A DNA stretch of 62,901 nt, filler included, from Octopus bimaculoides (taxonomy: Eukaryota), in assembly GCF_001194135.2 (NCBI RefSeq). It is 3 parts of 3 records of this genome, joined end to end, with 100 filler letters (N's around TTAATTAATTAA, not from the genome) between each part and the next. Parts side by side here need not be neighbours in the genome. Positions count along the whole stretch, not along the records: positions 1 to 22,934 come from NC_068989.1; 2 more parts are not named here. The stretch is one strand, 5' to 3'. The position numbers and the translations under genes are program-made. Positions within the stretch are counted from its first letter, which is position 1, and every line of letters begins with the position of its first letter. Positions 1 through 12,998 of this stretch are shown here, in pieces. The notes below the pieces were generated by a model. That model searched no databases and had not been told where the DNA came from. It saw nothing but the letters and a program-made list of their open reading frames with translations.

Positions 1-1429
1 GGACCAAAAATCCAAGAAGGGAATGACTAAATGTTGCTTAAGTGTCCCCGGATTTACTTCCGGGATAGAAGTCATATTTAATAGAAAAGAGGAAAATTGA
101 ATAAGGAGACGTACGCTCGGGGCGTTATGAAACCATTTATATCTTGAATTCTTCTACAAATATTTCGACGGATACACTCCAAACATGTCCGACAGGGTAA
201 ATTATGGTCACCAATTGCATCATTCTCACCAGGAAAGCATATAAATAACAAAGTCGTCAAACAGGCATGTTAGCAGAATTAGAAAGTTCTATAAAATGTA
301 ACGTAATTATATTCATATGCATACACTCGTACACACTCAAATATTTGACGTGTAAATATAAATCTTATATACATACAAAAATACACAAACGTATAAAAAC
401 ATATATACATACACAAGCATTAATATACATATATGTATATATATATATTCCTGTGTGAGAAAAGTAGTTCAAGTAGTACAATTTGAACTTTTGGGGCGAT
501 CCAAAAGCTTAGATTTCTAATAAAGATTCATCATATCAAAATAGTAACTTGCGATTGCAAGTATTTAAAATATATATACATATGTACGTATCTATATACG
601 TGCTTTACACCGTTTCTCCGTGACTATCGCCTATTATATGCTATCCTATAGCAGCAATTATCCATTTCCTGGATATACATATAAAGGTCTGATAATATCA
701 GCAAAATTGATACAAAAAAGTAAGATAAAAGAAGACGGAATGAACAGGCATTAATCCAACTCACTATTATTGTTTCTGTGCATTATTATCAGCAGGTAAT
801 TGCTGAGTGTTTTATATATTTTACAAATTCTTGCATTAAAATGATCAAACAATAGCTGAGTATATGCATGTATTCAGATGAGTGAGTTCGAGAACAGTCT
901 CTATAATTTTTTAAAACTGTTTTAATAAATATTCGAAGGAGAGAGACAGATAAAGACAGAGAGTAATATAAATTCTGCTTTAGGCGCACAGCAAATAATT
1001 GTAATGACAAAAGGATTAGTAGTCATAGTTGTCTCGTGTATTTCCTTGGTAATTTATTTCCTGAAACTTGGTCGTCTAGATTGAGGCATATCTGCAAGAG
1101 AAAAACCTGCGGAGTAAAAATGGCCAAAGCATCAATGATATAACAGGGCACTTTCATTTCAGTACAGAGAGTGGATATGCCATGCAGGTTCAGGTGTTGA
1201 AAAGCTTTTGAATTCATACAGCGTGGAGTGTCTCATGTGGGTCTGAACTATCTGCATTATATAATGGAGTAAAAATCAATAAATCTTTAGCCACAACCAC
1301 ATAAATTAATCCCAAAAGACAGGAAAAAATAATGCTTGTTTTAACGAAAGTATTGGAAAATTACCCTCAAATAATTATGACAAAAATTAAAAATTCAACG
1401 TAACATTCTAATACCTATAACTATATCTA

Positions 1430-1432
<3 letters not shown>

Positions 1433-1516
<84 letters not shown>

Positions 1517-1563
1517 GTGTGTGCGTGTGTGTGTGTGTATGCATGTGTGTATTAACATACATG

Positions 1564-1595
<32 letters not shown>

Positions 1596-1620
1596 CGTGT
1601 GTGTGCGCGCGCATATAAAT
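1433..1620. repeat. Compound microsatellite (CT)n(AT)n(GT)n
   Basis: Directly visible simple repeats. Confidence 0.95.
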
Positions 1621-2326
1621 ATATATTTATATCCTCGTATATATCAGTGTAACATGCCATAGCAGTGTTATAGAGTGAAATGCCTATTTGTTTTAAATTT
1701 ACTAATTTATTCTCTGTGAATTATTCTATTTGTTCATATTATTTGATTATTCTTCGGCACACATAGAAGTACAATCAGCAAGCAATCATAATTATTAATC
1801 TTTCTTCGATATCTGTAACAAAGAGTATCTTTTGTTGCCATACATTCGTATGATTTAACAAAGATTCCTGATAAATGCTAATCTATTATTTGGTTTCAAT
1901 TTTTATTCTCAATTTTTAATTTAGCATTTCAAGAGGAGGAAATCAAAATAAAATGCTGGCTCTTTGAAATACATTTGTAAATAAGTATAATTGATATGAA
2001 TAATGATTCAATTTAATACACAAAGAATTACAAATTTTATTTTTAATGTTTTCTCTACAAATTGGTACTATAATTCTTTGAAAATCTACCAATATTACAA
2101 ATTATAATCTATGGTTTCATTAACTAAATTATCAATGCTCTGCTTATGAATATCATTGTTTGAAACGTAAAAGGTATCAATTTCAATGAAATGAGAGCAA
2201 TTGTGATCAACTTCTCCACTTTGCAGTGACATCCTCTACTTTCCAATGAATATTTTCCATTAGAGTGACTGAGTGTGGTTGCTTGACGTGCTAAAGGTTG
2301 CACCCAGGATATAAACTTTTAGGAAA

Positions 2327-2363
2327 TAACCCTAACCCTAACCCTAACCCTAACCCTTAACCC
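2327..2363 (-). repeat. Interstitial telomeric-type repeat (TAACCC)5 + 1 unit
   Basis: Five perfect TAACCC units at 2327-2356, a single T, then one more unit. Confidence 0.9.
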
Positions 2364-4099
2364 ATCTGGAACTTGAAAAGCCGTGAAGGTGACCATTATA
2401 AGGCATTTGAATATACGTCGGTTTAATGCGACTCGCTTTAAGAAAATGAAAAAGAATATATTATAAAGAAGTGAAACAGAACTTCAATCTCAAAATGATA
2501 AATAAGAGTTATATAATTCATTGAAATGAATTTGATAATTTAACATTGACCTAAATTTGACCAAAATAGTAAATTGATCTTTTCAGTTTAAATTAGCGAC
2601 ACTAATGTATGTGATACAGAAAAACGCAGTTTTCCTTTCCGGTATACGTTTTATATGTTCATAGAAATATATGTAGGAGAGATTTTAAGTTGAGTGAAAT
2701 GAACCAATTTTCAACAGAAGGACAGTAAACCTTATATCTCGAATGTACATGTGGAATTGTCACAAAACATTTAATTGTAGAAGGAGCTTGTTACATACAC
2801 AAATTGAGTGAAATGCATTGGAAAAATGTTTCTGCAAATGAAAGTCCTTGCATTCACCGCAAACATCAGCCAAGTAAGGATAGTAACTTACAACGGAAAA
2901 GACATGTTGCCTTTATGTAAGAGCAACAAACGATACACTACAGTATAATCTTGAAACACGGAATGCATCATAGTTTTAACGAATGTCTAAGTGTTCCATC
3001 ATAATTAGGGGTAAGATATATTAGTCAGTATTAATCTATTTCTTTTACATCTATTTTGTAACCATTTTATGTAATCATTCTTTACTCATATTCTGTAAGC
3101 ATTCTGTGCGTATCTGAGACTATTTACAATGACTTCTAACTCTTTTCCATTATTCAGATGGCTTCGAGTCCTCCATGTCAGCTATTTTTTTCTCAACTAT
3201 AACTTTAATGTTTATGCTCACCGATGTTGTTGGCTGTTCAATAATGTTTTAAGATGTTCCTAAGGAAAGGAAACATAAAGACATCGTCCAGTTTTGACCG
3301 AGCACACTGTTTATGCAAAGAAATGCAAATATCTTACGCAATTATGTCTCCAATATGGCGGTGTCGTAAAAAAAAGTTCAACACGAAATCATATAGCAAC
3401 GTACATAATTCCATTGCGTCGAAATTTCGGTCACAATTCATTTTTTCACTTCATTATTGTTTTTACTATGGAATGGGATTTAAATGAAAGTCAGCAGTCA
3501 TTTCTAGCAAGGTGCTGTAAGGCGCTTAGCCTATCCTAATGAATAGTCGAAATTTATTATTTAAATACAGGGAACATTTTCAAAAATTACCTGTTTTGAC
3601 GAGAAACCTGAACATTACATGTGAAACTGCCAATTTATTCTGCAGAATTAATTGGCATCTTACATGGTGTTATTCATTAACCTAAAGATTGCATGAAGTG
3701 GGCAATTTATCGCATATTGAAAATCCATAAAGATTAAGATTTTAATTCCTTTAATTGCGTTTACTTGTAATTATAACCAATAAGTCAATTTTCCTTTTGC
3801 CAGGTAGAATGGAATGATCGTCAAATGAATAATCATTCTGTTCAAATAATTACCAACTCTTTATAGAAATGTGTATAATATGGAAATATATGAGATTTCA
3901 GATGTATAGAATATACACAGATTTTCTTTATAATCCCCTTATGATGTACCTCATCTTATCGTCTGTCACGTCAGTAGAAGACACTGGATATTGGGAGTGG
4001 GTACTTCAACAAGTAAACATTTTTACTCAAGCAGTAAAACGAAATAAATGAAGCCTTGCTTTTGGTCAAAATAGTATTACTTTACACATTATTCCCGAC

Positions 4100-5010
4100 G
4101 CCTTACTCAAGATTAGATTCAACAAGTTACCTGCTTCGCCGGTTAACTTGATAACCTATCGCCTAGTCACCTTTCTACTAGCCAGAAGAATGTAAGCCCT
4201 GCTGAGAGACTAGCCTGCCAAAATTATACCTCTCACCTTACGCAACTCAAATACACCTGGTTATTCTTATATATTTCTACCGGATCTATATAAGTTGCCT
4301 TCTTCCTATTGTTGCTTTTCTCGATATGATCATTGAAGTAAATGAGGATCTGAAATACGATGACCTGTCTCCAAGTTTCTGGTATCCGCTAAATGTCTAG
4401 CATTAGTGATACTATGGTGATTATTTCTGGAAACCTCAGCTGATAGTCTATTTTGGCTTTCGGTCGCAACTTTTATGTCATTGCTAGCAAGCCACAGGAC
4501 GTAATTCTGACTTTTGATGCTCTCTTGTATCACCGATTTACCCAAGTTTTGACGAATGTGATACTTTTCTTTAGGATGCCAAAGAGCTTACAATGGCTAT
4601 CTTTTCCCGCAGCGAGTGTTGTCAATGGTGATCAAAATCCACTCATAATAACAACAGTCCTGTTTTATCTCCCAGGGCATTTGTGCAGATACAAGGAGAA
4701 TGCTCATAAGCTTCTTCCCTAAGGTACAGAGGACATGCTGCTTCTTTTTTCGTTGGAACAATTTCGATGCTTATTCGAGAACGTGGTTAACAGATTAATT
4801 GAAATTGATATTCGATGGGTCTCGGGTCTTGAAATGTTGGGCCATAAGTAGTTGTACTCCAGTTCTTGCATCCATTATGCCCAATTTACAGTTGCCGGAT
4901 TCCAAACTTTTTTCCCAAAAAATTATCTTTGTCTGTTGCTAACATATTTCTTTTCTATTACCTTTCTAGTGGTATGTTGTTTTGTTACCCAACTTCCCCT
5001 TTCCAGAAAG
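4100..5010 (-). mobile_element. Heavily decayed RLE-type (R4/Dong-like) LINE fragment
   Basis: Broken minus-strand frames give WLASNDIKVATES and ETGHRISDPHLLQ*SYREKQQ, resembling WLMASGLKSETEG and ETIDHVVSMCSLLAP of the LINE at 21-22 kb. LLTTFSNKHRNCSNE resembles LLTMNRMHHPKADIE. Many stops and frameshifts. Confidence 0.4.
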
Positions 5011-6760
5011 TACTGATTTAACAAAACCCCTTAGACATGTCCGTCTTTATTTCAGACGTTATTATGACATCTATAGCATCCTGAAATTAATTTAGTATTA
5101 ATGATGCCCGTAAAATACATTAAAACGTACGTATTTAGGTACAAACTTTAAAACGTACACATTGTAGATACGACAAATAAATTGCGTTGGTTTTTTGCAA
5201 ACATTATCTGTTGAAGTGTATGTTCTGGATATGCTTTGTGAACGTTCTACAACCAACAATCATGAAAGGTCTTTTTTCTTTAGAATGATAGCATTCGTGC
5301 ACTATCACGATATAATCTGCACGTAATTTGTTTTCAAAATCTAATAGTCTTAACCTAGAAACAAATGTTAAATCACGTTCAAGCCGTTCCGTGCATAAAA
5401 ATAACTTGAACCTTCTATGTTTATTTGTTATCAAATGCAAGGTAGCACTCACAATGGTATGAACACCCATACGCTATAATTTTCCAACGTAATATCGTAC
5501 TAATCAATTCCAAAATTAAGATAACACTTGCAAAGCTGTTTCCTCTACATTTGGAAAATCGGTAATGTATATTTTTAGTGATTCGCATACGAAAATTAAG
5601 CGTCGATGTGCTGACTAGAAATACAAGTAATGAAAGTGAAACGAAATAATTTGAGCGATTTGAAAATTGAAAATACTTTGTATCCACAACTCACAAGTAA
5701 ATTACATCTTGTTGTATGCCACATCCATTTGCATTTTGCAATGAGTAGATAATGAAGCAGTGAATTTCTAGCATTTAATTAGTACGTTCAGAGCTGAAGC
5801 TGACGGAAATGTAACAATTTACCGACTTCTATGACTATTATTAGTCGCACAATATTGGCAGATTACTCACAGTGTACAACTATATACTATATGGAAACTT
5901 TATACGAAACTATTTATTAAGTTAGATTTGCAATTGTATATGTAGTTCATGAAAGAATCTGTTGATAATCTAGTAAATCTCTGCAGGAAGATGGTTTTCA
6001 ACTACAATACATCAAAAAGTAAGTAACACTTGCGATAGGACCCTGTTAAAAGTTGCACAATGCACACATTACATAATCGTATCTTAGAATGTTAACGACG
6101 GGTTTCTTGTAGTAAACATACTTTCAATTAGCTTCATGAAATTGAAAACTTATAATGTACTTCTAATAAAATACAGACGCCACTTAAAATTCGGAATCTT
6201 CTTTTTTTGGAGCACTTGTATTTTTTATGAAGGTACTCAATATCTATGGGATAGATCGGTCTGAAATTCACTTGATTTCTTTTTCACTTTTTCATTTATT
6301 CAATAACGTTCACGCAACCGATCACTTCAATAACTTAATATTTCGCAAATGAATTCAATAACCTATCGCCTAGTCACCTTTCTACTAGCCAGAAGAATGT
6401 AAGCCCTGCTGAGAGACTAGCCTGCCAAAATTATACCTCTCACCTTACGCAACTCAAATACACCTGGTTATTCTTATATATTTCTACCGGATCTATATAA
6501 GTTGCCTTCTTCCTATTGTTGCTTTTCTCGATATGATCATTGAAGTAAATGAGGATCTGAAATACGATGACCTGTCTCCAAGTTTCTGGTATCCGCTAAA
6601 TGTCTAGCATTAGTGATACTATGGTGATTATTTCTGGAAACCCCAGCTGATAGTCTATTTTGGCTTTCGGTCGCAACTTTTATGTCATTGCTAGCAAGCC
6701 ACAGGACGTAATTCTGACTTTTGATGCTCTCTTGTATCACCGATTTACCCAAGTTTTGAC
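4151..6760 (+). repeat. 403-bp direct repeat, copies at 4151-4553 and 6358-6760
   Basis: Both copies run from ATAACCTATCGCC to CCAAGTTTTGAC. I saw one substitution (aaacctcagc vs aaaccccagc). Confidence 0.95.
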
Positions 6761-8693
6761 TAAAACGATTTTTAAAACGTATTCAATATCTTAAGAATTG
6801 AAAACATGAAATGCAGTCCAAGATATAAAGAAAAGAAAATTGACATACAATAGAGTATGCGTGTGCTCAACTAGTTCAGAAATTTGGGAACTGAAAAACT
6901 CATGGCAATGTTAAAAATATTATTTTAATCTTGATAAATATGAAAACAGATAGCTATGGCGTTAATGATGTACAAATGATAAATAAAAGCATTTGTCTTT
7001 ATTTTAAATATTGTGCGGGGTTTTTTTTTTGTCTTATTCATAGCCTTTTCTCAGGCACTTACATTGAGCTCTCCTATTGTATTGTACATACATTTTCTAC
7101 AAAGTTTATGCTACTAAATGAGATGACTTACACTTGTGATATATAGTTGCACGATGTATACTGGAGCGTTTTTTATAATTAATAGAACATTGAACATGAA
7201 TCTATATCATCGCCACACCATGCAAATAGTAACGAACGACTAATGAGTATTACACTAGATGATTATCGGAGCAAGTCATTCAACTGTGAGCTATTGTCTT
7301 TAATTTCGAAGAAATTGTAACATATGCTGGAAATTACTGTATTCAATAACGCAAAAAAAACATTGTAAGATAATTCTATGCTGAATTATAAATGTGGACT
7401 GGTAAAACTAGCCAAGTCAGTGACCTGAATATTGAAGAATAACGTATTGATGAAGATAAATGATAGTATTAGAATAACGACTCGAGTTTAATACAAGTGA
7501 ATTCGTATATGATTTTCAGGTGACATATTGATAAGCATATTGCCAAATGTATCCAATTAAATGTTGTAGATCTTTATAATTCAATATCTAAGGAAGTATG
7601 CTAAAGCACACTATATGCTCGCAACGTTGCAGTAATTATGAATATTAGTGAGACATATTCTCCAGCAATTGCCACTGCAAGAAAACCAGTGCAAGAAAAC
7701 CAGTGCACTGGATTGTTTGACTTAGCGTATGCTTGTAAGCTGTATTGCACATACGAGATAATTTAGTTTATTAATCGATAGCTGAAACAGTTGTTTTCTG
7801 CGACAACGATGCCATAGGTATATAAAAATACACATATGTCCATTGACAGTTGTGACTCTCCTCTTGCAACAGGGCAAAATCCAACAAAACATTCTCAGTG
7901 CCAATGCTGAATCAAATATTCTGGACACGTTAACTGGTCTGTAAAAGTAATCCACCCCATAGTTATTATATGTGTGAGATGTGTGTATGTATATATGTAT
8001 ATATATATGTATATANNNNNNNNNNNNNNNNNNNNNNNNNNNNNNNNNNNNNNNNNNNNNNNNNNNNNNNNNNNNNNNNNNNNNNNNNNNNNNNNNNNNN
8101 NNNNNNNNNNNNNNNNNNNNNNNNNNNNNNNNNNNNNNNNNNNNNNNNNNNNNNNNNNNNNNNNNNNNNNNNNNNNNNNNNNNNNNNNNNNNNNNNNNNN
8201 NNNNNNNNNNNNNNNNNNNNNNNNNNNNNNNNNNNNNNNNNNNNNNNNNNNNNNNNNNNNNNNNNNNNNNNNNNNNNNNNNNNNNNNNNNNNNNNNNNNN
8301 NNNNNNNNNNNNNNNNNNNNNNNNNNNNNNNNNNNNNNNNNNNNNNNNNNNNNNNNNNNNNNNNNNNNNNNNNNNNNNNNNNNNNNNNNNNNNNNNNNNN
8401 NNNNNNNNNNNNNNNNNNNNNNNNNNNNNNNNNNNNNNNNNNNNNNNNNNNNNNNNNNNNNNNNNNNNNNNNNNNNNNNNNNNNNNNNNNNNNNNNNNNN
8501 NNNNNNNNNNNNNNNNNNNNNNNNNNNNNNNNNNNNNNNNNNNNNNNNNNNNNNNNNNNNNNNNNNNNNNNNNNNNNNNNNNNNNNNNNNNNNNTATATA
8601 TATATATATATATATCATATACATATATATCATATACATGTAAATCGAGAGAAACCAACTACTGAAAATTTTCAGACTCCGAATATTCTAGTA

Positions 8694-9873
8694 CAGGGTA
8701 TTCGAAAAGTCTCTCCGCAGTGAATTCTTTTCATTCTGCACAGGCGCAGCTTGGCTATCATTGCGTGGGCGGCCAGATGTCAGCCATTGTCCCTCAGCCA
8801 TTGTCTACCATTCAGCGTGTTCACATGCTAGCCATTGAAGAACGTACGCTTTTAGCTGAATGGGTGTTTCGAGCTGCAAACAAATACACGCATACTGTGA
8901 AACAAAAGTTCAGTAAAACTTTTCCTAATACTTTTGTTCCACATCTTACACTGTGTGGGATTAGATAAGAAAATTTGGAAACACAGGTTCAGTTGAAGAC
9001 ACAGCAAGAAGCGGTAGGCTCACACGCAGCAAGAAGCGGTAGGCTCACATGGCAGTAAAAAAAAATTAAAATTCTTTCCATAAGTGAAGATTACGGATCA
9101 TGCTAAAAGGCTTCCTTATTGTCACTAGCTCCAAAACTTTGATGCCGAAAAAGACATAGAAGTGTTGGATGGGTGTTTTTAAACCAATGAGGTTTGGTTT
9201 CATCTATCAGGACACATAAATTCGCAAAACACAAGGTTGTGGAGCACTGAGAATCCACACGCGACGCATGCATCCCCAAAACGTTGAGTAGGAATAGCAA
9301 TTTCGAGAAAGCGTATTGTGGGACCGGTATTTTTTGAAGATACCATCAATACCGAGAAATATTGCTCAAATATTGTCTATCCATTTGTAGGCCAACTCAC
9401 TGAATGTGAAATTAATAATGCATTGTTTCAGCAAGATGGAGGTACATCACATACTTTGCGTATCACCATGGCGTATCACCAAGAGTTTTTCGGTGAACGG
9501 ATTGTTTTGCAGGGACTTTAGCCACCAAGATCACCTGATTTAACACCGCCAGACTATTTTTTTCCTGGGGAGCAAGTAAAAGATCAGTGTAAAAGAATCG
9601 CCCGAAAACCATTAATGAGCTAAAAGACGCAATCATAATCTTCACACGGTCCATATTGCATCAGACTCGCCAAGATGTATTTCAAAACACGTGTAGAAGC
9701 GTCAACTTATGTATTGAAAATGAAGGATAACACTTTCAACATCTCTTGTAATGTTTTTTTGAAGTCTTGTAAAGTCTAATATATTCTTATATCACCTTAT
9801 AAACTCTTATATCACCTTATAAATATCTATTTTGCAAGAAAATACTAACTGCGGAGAGGCTTTTTGAACACTG
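8694..9873 (+). mobile_element. Tc1/mariner-superfamily DNA transposon, TIR-complete, with internally deleted and decayed transposase
   Basis: TA at 8692-8693 and 9874-9875 flanks imperfect ~28-bp TIRs (CAGGGTATTCGAAAAGTCTCTCCGCAGT vs reverse complement CAGTGTTCAAAAAGCCTCTCCGCAGT). N-terminal HTH-like MLAIEERTLLAEWVF, then FHLSGHINSQNTRLWSTENP, IVGPVFFEDT, LFQQDGGTSHT and PPRSPDLTPPDYF catalytic motifs, with stops and frameshifts. Confidence 0.9.
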
Positions 9874-10171
9874 TATAAATGTATAGATATTTATATATTT
9901 ACAGATCAAACTTTATGAATTACCTTCGAGCCCCAGCAAGCAATTGTCGGACTTGCAGCACTGAAATTATTTCCCCTTGAATTTTCTGTAGCTGTATGCT
10001 TTGTGTAAGTTTTATCTGTAAATATGTGAATATCTACATATTTATACTTGAATATTCATCGTATGGAAATTTTCAGTCTGTCTTTCCCTCTACTTAGATG
10101 TATACATGTAAACATATATAAAGCAGATTTATTCATTTTTTTGTATCATTATCTCTGTAAGTATCTATCTG

Positions 10172-10204
<33 letters not shown>

Positions 10205-10651
10205 ATATATATATACACATATAAATGAAAAATGCATCAAATACTACCACACGTAGACGTGGAACATAATTCTTCACCGTTTCGTATTTTTAACGATAAG
10301 ACGGAGAACTTCGTATATCGGCGGCACCCGCAAGATTTGAGTAGAATTAGGGCTCGAGCAAACAAGACAATAGAGGGTAGACGTATGAAAGTAAAGAAAT
10401 TTAATTTGAAACGATAGACAAAGACGCAATGAATAAAGCTTTTCCGCCAAACATGGGGATGGTAGGTAACTCCTTGAAGAAACCTCAATGAATGTGAGAA
10501 AAGAGTAATAGTAAGAGAACAGAAAATGTTGATCGGCAGACTGGATTTCGGCGGCGAAAATGCAGAGATGTGTGAATTAGTCACGAGTCAATTGTGGACA
10601 GGAGATATGAGGGAAGGAAGATTAGAGAGAGCGAGGGAGAGAGAGAGAGTA

Positions 10652-10691
<40 letters not shown>

Positions 10692-10779
10692 TGAATAATA
10701 TGTGAGTATATGCATATATACGTACATATGTGTGCATACCTACATCCACATGTATATATAGATGCATATCTGGGTACAG

Positions 10780-11170
10780 GACGTTACAAAAATACGTGGA
10801 CAAAATGAGAAACAGAACATAAGCAGATCATAGAAAACACAAAGGCCACATAGAGAACAATTCCTTCATCAGCTGCCACCTTTCTAAAAGTATGCGTTTC
10901 GAAGAGTTAGAGCTGGACGCATTGTTAGAATGGCTCTTCCCGCGGAAACAAATTAAGTTTGTAACGCGGAGGAATGTAGTGGCGAACAGAAAACAAGACA
11001 GGAAAACGAAACAGTGAAAATAAAGAAGAAGCGCTATACGGCTAGACGAGAATAAAATATATATGTATACTGAACGCTGTGATGTGACGAACTGGAAAGA
11101 AGAGAGAATAATAAAGTTCGTGCGACCTTGGCAATGATCAAGATAGGAAAGATAGTAGTAGCCGGACACA
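10780..11170. repeat. Unclassified dispersed repeat, related to 50975-51157
   Basis: GGAGGAATGTAGTGGCGAACAGAAAACAAGACA here matches the reverse complement of the 51085-51120 region (GGAGGAATATAGTGGCGGACAAAAAACAAGACA). Confidence 0.45.
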
Positions 11171-12578
11171 TGTGACCAGCGAGGGTTTAGGAGAAAGAGT
11201 GGTAGAGGGAGAAAAAAGGAGAGGAAGTTGAATATAGATGAGCAACGAGAGACAGGGATGAAGAGAGATATAGTAGTGAAGGGGAGAGGCGAAGAAGAAC
11301 AGAAGGAAGAACGAGAGGGTGAGAAATATATATGTATATAATATGTGTTTGTGTGTGTGTGTGTGTGTGTGTGCGCGTGTGTGTGTGTATGTGTGTCTGT
11401 GTGTAAATACAAACACACATAAGCACAGTGTATGTCGAGACAATGACAAGACGTTTAGGAACACTTGCACGCGATAGATACCCCAGGGTCATTTTTGTAA
11501 TTAAATTTCAGATTTTGTTTAGACATTGTATATAAGATCAATGAGACAGTTAAGAGTAAGCACATACATGAGAGTATGTGTGTGCGTGTGTGTATATATC
11601 TATAATTGGAAACCAAGACAAGAGTGTGATTTTATATATATTCGCATACAAACAATCACACAAACACACACACATACATATATGAATATATGTACTATGT
11701 AATATGTGTGTGTATATGTATATTTTTGCGTACATGCACGTATATATCAAACGAGTGCTATAATGGGGTTTATATTGTTTCAATGCTTCTAGTTTCCTTT
11801 ATATACATGTACATATTTATGTCCATATTTTTAGTTCATTAAATTTGTATAGAACTTGCTTTCATACGCATATTCAAAAGAAACAACAATGGCTCACATC
11901 ACTGGTTTTCGTTGCAATCAATAACGTAAAAGCTCTTAATGTAAGTGAGTTCTCATAATAGAATACGCATGGAATTTTAAGTTTATATTAATGTTGTTTT
12001 CATCGTTCAACTTTGATATAATCTATCATATTTGTGAACAAACAATCCGGAATAGATTTATTCTCTTCACTTTCTTGATCGTTCTGTTCAAATTTAATGA
12101 TAGTTATACGATAAACACAATTCATTCCGACACCACTATAAGCATATTTGCTTAGCACCATATTGGGAAAATGTACACACTATTCACAAAGCCAATTATT
12201 TTAGGCAAGGATCAATTGGCACAGTGTGAAAGTCTTCTAAATTAGCGGTCCAACAGAATTACCTACACATTCAATTAGAATATAATTATTTATGCATTCC
12301 ATAGCCATTTACTCCCTCCCAGTAATATTAACACTCCACGTTGAACTGCAATCAAATATGTCTCAAGCAAATAACATCTTATTTTACTTATGATATTATG
12401 TTAGAATGCTATTCCTCATATATTTTTATGTACGCCTGTGTGATTCTATGTGCGTTCGTGGCTATGTATGTGTCAAACCTACCACTTGAATATACATATT
12501 AAATACATTACTTTGTGTACGTATGCGCGTGTATAGGTATAAAATAGTAGTCTGCATACTAACACCGGTATACATATG

Positions 12579-12614
<36 letters not shown>

Positions 12615-12844
12615 TANNNNNNNNNNNNNNNNNNNNNNNNNNNNNNNNNNNNNNNNNNNNNNNNNNNNNNNNNNNNNNNNNCAGAGAGAGAGAGGTTATG
12701 AGAGGTAATGGTGTCAATAAGACCCAAAGGTGTCAGGTAATGCTGAGTAAGTGCTATCGATAGACCATAGTTAAGCTCCAGGCTCTGTGATTATGCGTAG
12801 GTCATATATCAGCATGTGTATATATAATTTTTTTTTTTTTCAGA

Positions 12845-12980
12845 ATGAGATAAAAATCCAAGGCTGTGAAAATTTTAGAACATTTATAAATAGAAGGTCT
12901 TACAGCTGTTTACAGGATTTTTATTGTATCCCTCCATCAGAAACGGTGTGAGAAAATGGTTAAGCAATAGTTAATTTAGA
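12845..12980 (-). mobile_element. Penelope-like terminal repeat, inverted copy, with degenerate hammerhead motif
   Basis: Its reverse complement aligns by eye (roughly 70%) with 13435-13570. Reads CGTTT-CTGATGG-AGGGA...TCCT-GTAAAC-AGCT-GTA-AGAC. Confidence 0.65.
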
Positions 12981-12998
12981 TAAGATACGAAAGAGAGA

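Noticed and set aside
78-260. Minus-strand ORF containing IGDH, as in the cN-II motif YIGDHIFGD
   Set aside because: No similarity beyond four residues, no splice sites, and it lies on a different assembly segment.
2725-2830. C2H2 zinc-finger-like reading (KPY…NCHKTFNCRRSLLH)
   Set aside because: Needs a frameshift, lacks the full C-C-H-H spacing, and is a single unit.
4151-6760. LTR retrotransposon or TRIM interpretation of the 403-bp direct repeats
   Set aside because: No TG..CA ends, PBS, PPT or TSD seen, and copy 1 is continuous with flanking LINE-like sequence.
7722-8723. Long ORFs spanning N runs (also 14.9-15.5, 22.1-22.5, 31.5-32.9, 41.3-41.8, 51.1-52.3 and 57.3-58.4 kb)
   Set aside because: Artefacts of translating gaps.
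11840-11950. Plus-strand GTAAGT donor at 11941 (also near 36488)
   Set aside because: No convincing acceptor or recognisable peptide upstream.
12844-12948. Apparent plus-strand exon after poly-T + CAG (NEIKIQGCENFRTFINRRSYSCLQDFYCIPPSET)
   Set aside because: It is the reverse complement of the Penelope-like terminal repeat, and the donor is weak.
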